Source: Octopus bimaculoides (lineage: Eukaryota). Taken from it: DNA of 53,451 nt. Positions 51,342 through 53,451 of this stretch are shown in pieces; position 1 is the first letter of the stretch, and every line of letters starts with the position of its first letter. Made by a program: the position numbers and the translations under genes. The stretch lies in NCBI RefSeq assembly GCF_001194135.2, contig NC_069004.1, positions 3,393,779 to 3,447,229 on the forward strand. Reading direction: 5' to 3'. The notes below the pieces were generated by a model. The model was given only the letters and a program-made list of their open reading frames with translations. It did no database searches and was not told the origin of the DNA.

Positions 51342-51772
51342 CGTATTATCTGTAACGAGTTATTTCCCCTAAGCTATTGTCTTCAGGCTTCAAACGTTAG
51401 GAATAGATTGCAGAAGCCATTTTAGCAAAATTTTCATCCGTTTTGTGTGGATTATGATGTTAATATTGTTAATGTTGTTAATGTTTCTTCTATGCCTTCC
51501 AGCGACTTTGTTTCCTCATAACTTTCTGAAAGATGAATAGTTTTTAGTTAAATTTACGATTAATGTAATGAGTAAAAATAAAAAAAAGAATAAAAAATAG
51601 ACAGAAAAAAGATAGATGGGTCACGCACAACATCAAAACATGTGAGAAAACAAAGTCAATGTGTGAATTATTCAACCCAAACTCATTTTCATCAAATTCC
51701 GACATTGTACTGCCAATACATCAACGTCTGTTATTAATTACCGCCTCTGGCACTCATTAACTCACTCAGGCG

Positions 51773-51871
<99 letters not shown>

Positions 51872-51872
51872 G

Positions 51873-51919
<47 letters not shown>

Positions 51920-51925
51920 GGATAG

Positions 51926-51955
<30 letters not shown>
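51773..51955. repeat. (ATAG)n tetranucleotide microsatellite
   Basis: Read directly. Many further (TA)n, (CA)n and (TACA)n tracts occur, e.g. 4478-4545, 9375-9425, 13462-13568. Confidence 0.95.
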
Positions 51956-51957
<2 letters not shown>

Positions 51958-52576
51958 CGAGAGAAAGAGCGAGAGAGAAAGAAAGAAAGAAGGAAAGAAA
52001 GAAACAAACAAACAAAGAGGGAGAGAACGGGAGAGCGAAGGAGTTGTTTACTATGACCTTTAAACAAACGGTACTCTTTGCCAACCAATTTGGTGTTGGC
52101 ATTTCGTACCAGGACGGAATGATGACTAATGGCGCAACGGATACTGGAGACTCTTTGGCAAAGCTATCCCTGTCTCTAACACCAAACACCTGCAATGGGA
52201 TCAAATAAATACCCACCCGTCCACCCTACCACCCGTCAGAAGACAATATGGGAGAAATAGATGGGTCACCTCCTCAAAAGTATTACAGTATTAATTATTA
52301 ACGACGTAAGCAGTATTAATTAATTAATACCACGCGGTAATCTTCATATCCGACTTAACATGAATGTCTTGTTAGATCACCGAATACTGCGTTATTAGCC
52401 TTGTGAGATCATCTCGTATAGATACTTCGTGCATAAAAGCGCACACATAGATAGTAGCAGATGAGAAACATCTGCTATGGGCGCCGGAATTCTAATATCC
52501 CGTGATTTCATCCTGCTGGAAATCATCAGTGAGAGGCAGCCGGTCACGCCATGCCAGTCAAATGTCCTAGTGAAAC

Positions 52577-53023
52577 AGGACCCCATTTGTTATCTGATTA
52601 ACATTTAAACGTCTGTCATCCATCACTATGTGGTGAACACGGTCGATATTTTCTTGAGTGGTGGCTGTGGCAGGACTTCCGGACCTTGGATTATCTTCAA
52701 GACCCTCCCTACCTCTCCTGAATTCATAAAGCTGGAGCATCATCCCCTTATGTAGTAACCATGTCAGAATGGATGTCCTTGGGGGGCTAACCCCTTTTTC
52801 TGCAGATATTTGATAACGCCACAGTACCAAATTTTATCCATTTTCATGGAAATGTCTCTACCATCACTTTTCCAAGTCCTCAACTCTGTTTCGAATGTGG
52901 GTTTATCTGGAAAGAAAAAATGCATTTAGCATCGATAGAGATTGAATTTAACGCACGCCATGTTTAATTACTGTATGATAAATCCTTCTTAGTCATCCTA
53001 TGAACTTTTCAGCCCACCCTCAT
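52577..53023 (-). mobile_element. Mariner (Tc1/mariner) 5' fragment with TIR and dead transposase N-terminus
   Basis: TIR-like gagggtgggctgaaaagttcatagg. ATG at 52841 gives MDKIWYCGVIKYLQKKGLAP, then a frameshift, stop and deletion, then EFRRGREGLEDNPRSGSPATATTQENIDRVHHIVMDDRRL (mariner HTH-linker motifs). Confidence 0.88.
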
Positions 53024-53451
53024 GGAATACCAGCGTATATTTTCAGATGTTGATGTCGCATATAGCTAGTAGGTTTATCAAAAATTAACTATAAGCAATG
53101 GAAGTAGTATTAATATGAAAAGGTAAGACTACGTTATTAGCTTTAAAAAATCCTCTCACGTAGGCATTTGGTGCATAAAAGCATACGCATAGATCGTAGC
53201 AGACGGAATTCATCTGTCACGGGCACCAGAATTCCCACTTCACGTGATTTCGTTCTATTGGAAGTCATCAGTGAAAGGCATCCGGTGACTGCACGCCAGT
53301 CAAATCCCGGAGACACAATATATAGAATTGCGTGACTGAGTGGGAAGAAGCTTGCTTCCCAGCCACATGGTTCCGAGTTCAGTTCCACTGCGTGGCATCT
53401 TGGGCAAGTGTCTTCTACTCTAGTCTCGGACCGACCAAAGCGTTGTGAGTG

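Noticed and set aside
52500-53300. CTGATGA-13nt-GAAA hammerhead-like cores in both direct repeats (minus strand)
   Set aside because: No GUH triplet pairing with stem III, stem II registers differ between copies and stem I is unconvincing.

Overview
AT-rich, microsatellite-dense animal genomic DNA from a gapped draft assembly (about 12 N-gaps). The repeat content (tRNA-headed SINEs with RTE-type tails, piggyBac-, hAT- and pogo-like MITEs, mariner) looks like an octopod cephalopod; this is inferred from recalled repeat families, not from a search. Most ORF-track entries are microsatellite or gap artefacts. The best-supported gene is on the minus strand at about 33.9-48.4 kb. It has a 1020-nt exon encoding a STAND/NB-ARC-like NTPase region, then five phase-compatible exons encoding kinesin-light-chain/NPHP3-type TPR repeats and a short Cys-containing tail, i.e. 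an NLR-like NTPase-TPR protein. Its Walker A exon and the linking exon(s) were not found and may lie in gaps. A second, unidentified minus-strand gene is weakly supported by small exons at 4.2-18.9 kb. Non-coding highlights: a minimal type-I hammerhead ribozyme (14208-14250, minus), a tRNA-Lys(TTT) 5' half fused to a SINE, a 37-bp hairpin whose only imperfections are G-U pairs, a ~540-bp palindrome, a SINE-derived tandem array and alternating CpG-poor/CpG-rich blocks. Repeat boundaries are approximate; exon boundaries were read by hand from splice sites and reading phase.
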